Source of the DNA: Paecilomyces variotii | Taxonomy: Eukaryota | Direction: 5' to 3' (one strand) | Assembly: GCA_004022145.1 (NCBI GenBank) | Contig: RCNU01000011.1 | DNA: 23,478 bases | Shown: positions 21,618 through 23,478 of the stretch, in pieces | Position numbering within the stretch: the stretch's first letter is position 1 | Layout: every line of letters starts with the position of its first letter | The notes under the pieces: model-generated | The model's input: the letters and a program-made list of their open reading frames with translations, nothing else | The model's database searches: none | Told to the model about the DNA's origin: nothing | Made by a program: the position numbers and the translations under genes

Positions 21618-22087
21618 GAGCCGAGTTCAAGTGATGAAAGGTGTGCTTATTGCTAGATTTGTCTGTCATGTACATATTATCTCTCCGCTTGTAATATGAG
21701 GTGTATATGGTGACGTTCACTGTCTGCGGACTTCATTAGGAGATTACAAGCGACTGGACACCTACAGTCGTGAAAGATTCGAAGGATCATCTAGCTACAA
21801 CAACGTCTATATTAAAGTACGTATGCATATATACGTACGGTATATGTGTTCGAAATGGTTCAGATTAAACGCAGTAGAAAATTGCGTTCGGAGAATCTCT
21901 CAATGCAAAGAGCATCGAGAGGGTACTTTGCTGGAAATGGGTGCATGCATGTGTCTATACAGACAGGACAAATGAGAAACCGAGAAAGGGTGTAGAAGAC
22001 AACGGGTGAAACAGGAAGGGCTGTCGGGGAGAGAAGAGCTGTAAAAAGAACAGACCGCGGGAGAGAACACCATACTAAGATCTCGAA

Positions 22088-23478
22088 TTATGATGATGCA
22101 GCTTCGGGTGGTGTCGATTCACGCTTAGACTTGTCCTTCTTGTGCTCTTTCTTTTTCTTCTCATCTTTGCCCTTTTTGGATGAGGCCTCGGCCATAAGCT
22201 GCTCGAAAGCCATGTAGTCGCCTTCTTCCTCCGGGTCACGTTCGGCCTGGTTTCAAATGTGTTAGTACAGAAGATGCAATATACATTGTAGGACCGAGAA
22301 GACGCACTCTTTGGTAGATATTACCAGCGATAACAAGGGCATGGGCGCGCTCAATCCGCTTGTCTAGCTTGACCGACTTGTCGTGGAGCACCTTGTCGCA
22401 AACGTCTCTCAAGACGCTCTGGATCTCGAATTTACTACCCCGCCAAGCAGCTGCCAAGATCTTGCCGGTGACCTTCTTCTCATACTCTGCTTTCTTCTCA
22501 TCTGTCCAGTCTTCTCCACCCTTCTCCTCCAGCTTGGCCATTTCCTCCATTGTCATCTGCGCGTCAATGGCTGTCGAGATGGTGGTCCACGTCTCCTTGG
22601 CAAGAGTTCCCTTATCCTTTAGCCGAGAAAAGAAACCTGAGATACCCAGGAACTTCTGGGACTTCAGGAATGAAGTAGCTTTCTGAACGTAGGTCTGGCC
22701 GATCGCGTGCAGGATCTCGAGACCAAAGGATTCCATCTTGAGGTTTTCCACCTCCAGACGGATCTTCTCCTCGAAGGCACGGGTAACGTCGGCGCTCTTG
22801 TCTGTCTCCGTCCATACGCTGATGCGGTCGATGAGTTTACGAGCAAGAGTATCTACCCGCTCCTCCCGGGCCTTCTTCCTCTCCAGCTCATATGCAGCCA
22901 GGCGCTCTTGCTGCTCCTTCGTGAGGCCACCCTTCTTCTTTTCCTTCTTGCGAAGTTCCTTTTCTTCCTGCGTCAGGCCAGCTGCTTCCATCCTGGCATC
23001 CTCTTCCGATTTATCCATGATCGCCTGCTGGCCTAGATATCTCCGTGGGGTGCTGGTACCCGAACTCGGGCCCGAAACAGGTGGCTTCTGGTCTTCGGTG
23101 GTGGCCTCTGCCTTCGGGGCAGCCGATTCTCCCGCGGCTGTCTGCTCATCATGGACCTTTAACTTTTCCTCTGCTGCCTCGGCCAGTTCATCTTCTTCCA
23201 TTTCCTGCATCGTAATATCCATGGTCGTTGTAAGATCCTTCATCAGTGAGATCTCTCCGATCAGGTCGACAAAGGCTTCACCACCAAAGATCATGCTGAA
23301 AAACTCGGACGGGTCCTCTGCCAGAAGACGTTAACATCAATCATGGCCATCTCAAGATCACGACTACTAACCGAAGCCTCCTCCCGGGACAGCCTGTTCC
23401 TTTCCAAATTTGTCATATTGCTTCCGTAGATCCTCGTTACTGAGAACTTGGTATGCTTCTCCAATCTGCGTTGCCCTC
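22088..23478 (-). CDS. Djp1/Caj1-like DnaJ (Hsp40) protein with DnaJ-X domain, 5' end outside the window; visible exons 23465-23372, 23317-22308, 22246-22088
   Basis: End of J-domain IGEAYQVLSNEDLRKQYDKFG, then GGF|EDPSEFFSMIFGGEAFVDLIGEI. DnaJ-X motifs LKMESFGLEILHAIG and GSKFEIQSVLRDVCDKVL. Introns 23371-23318 and 22307-22247 have canonical ends. Lys-rich tail and stop at 22090-22088. Confidence 0.9.

Noticed and set aside
20787..23334. Antisense ORFs 20787..21446 (-) and 22738..23334 (+)
   Set aside because: Shadow ORFs opposite the Glu/Lys-rich coding regions of nbs1 and the DnaJ gene.
1..23478. Biosynthetic gene cluster, mobile element (including Starship cargo), RNA gene or CRISPR-like array
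   Set aside because: No PKS/NRPS/terpene core, transposase, recombinase, LTR/TIR, RIP-like AT-rich block, tRNA/rRNA or spaced repeats were seen. The content is mostly conserved housekeeping genes.

Overview
Gene-dense, intron-containing DNA from a filamentous ascomycete; protein and intron style suggest Eurotiomycetes (Aspergillus/Paecilomyces/Talaromyces-like), which is an inference. I reconstructed ten spliced or single-exon protein-coding genes by hand: a GT32 Och1/Hoc1-like mannosyltransferase (+), a Zn(II)2Cys6 'ARCA-like' transcription factor whose zinc cluster is split over micro-exons (+), a secreted GDSL/CE16-type esterase (-), GPI mannosyltransferase I Gpi14/PIG-M (+), an F-box-like hypothetical protein (-), a Dabb stress-responsive A/B-barrel protein (-), a Ser/Pro-rich coiled-coil protein of unknown function (-), DNA polymerase kappa (-), Nbs1/nibrin (+) and a 5'-truncated Djp1/Caj1-like J-protein (-). 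I saw no transposon, RNA gene, CRISPR array or secondary-metabolite core gene, and no clearly novel multi-gene system. The most notable signals are (i) the hidden micro-exon Zn2Cys6 domain using AAG and GAG acceptors, (ii) a 158-bp head-to-head polK/nbs1 promoter packed with MCB-like and CACGTG motifs, (iii) frequent non-YAG acceptors, including a competing frameshifting acceptor in nbs1, and (iv) strong-context uORFs upstream of two uncharacterised genes. All splice models are predictions from sequence alone.
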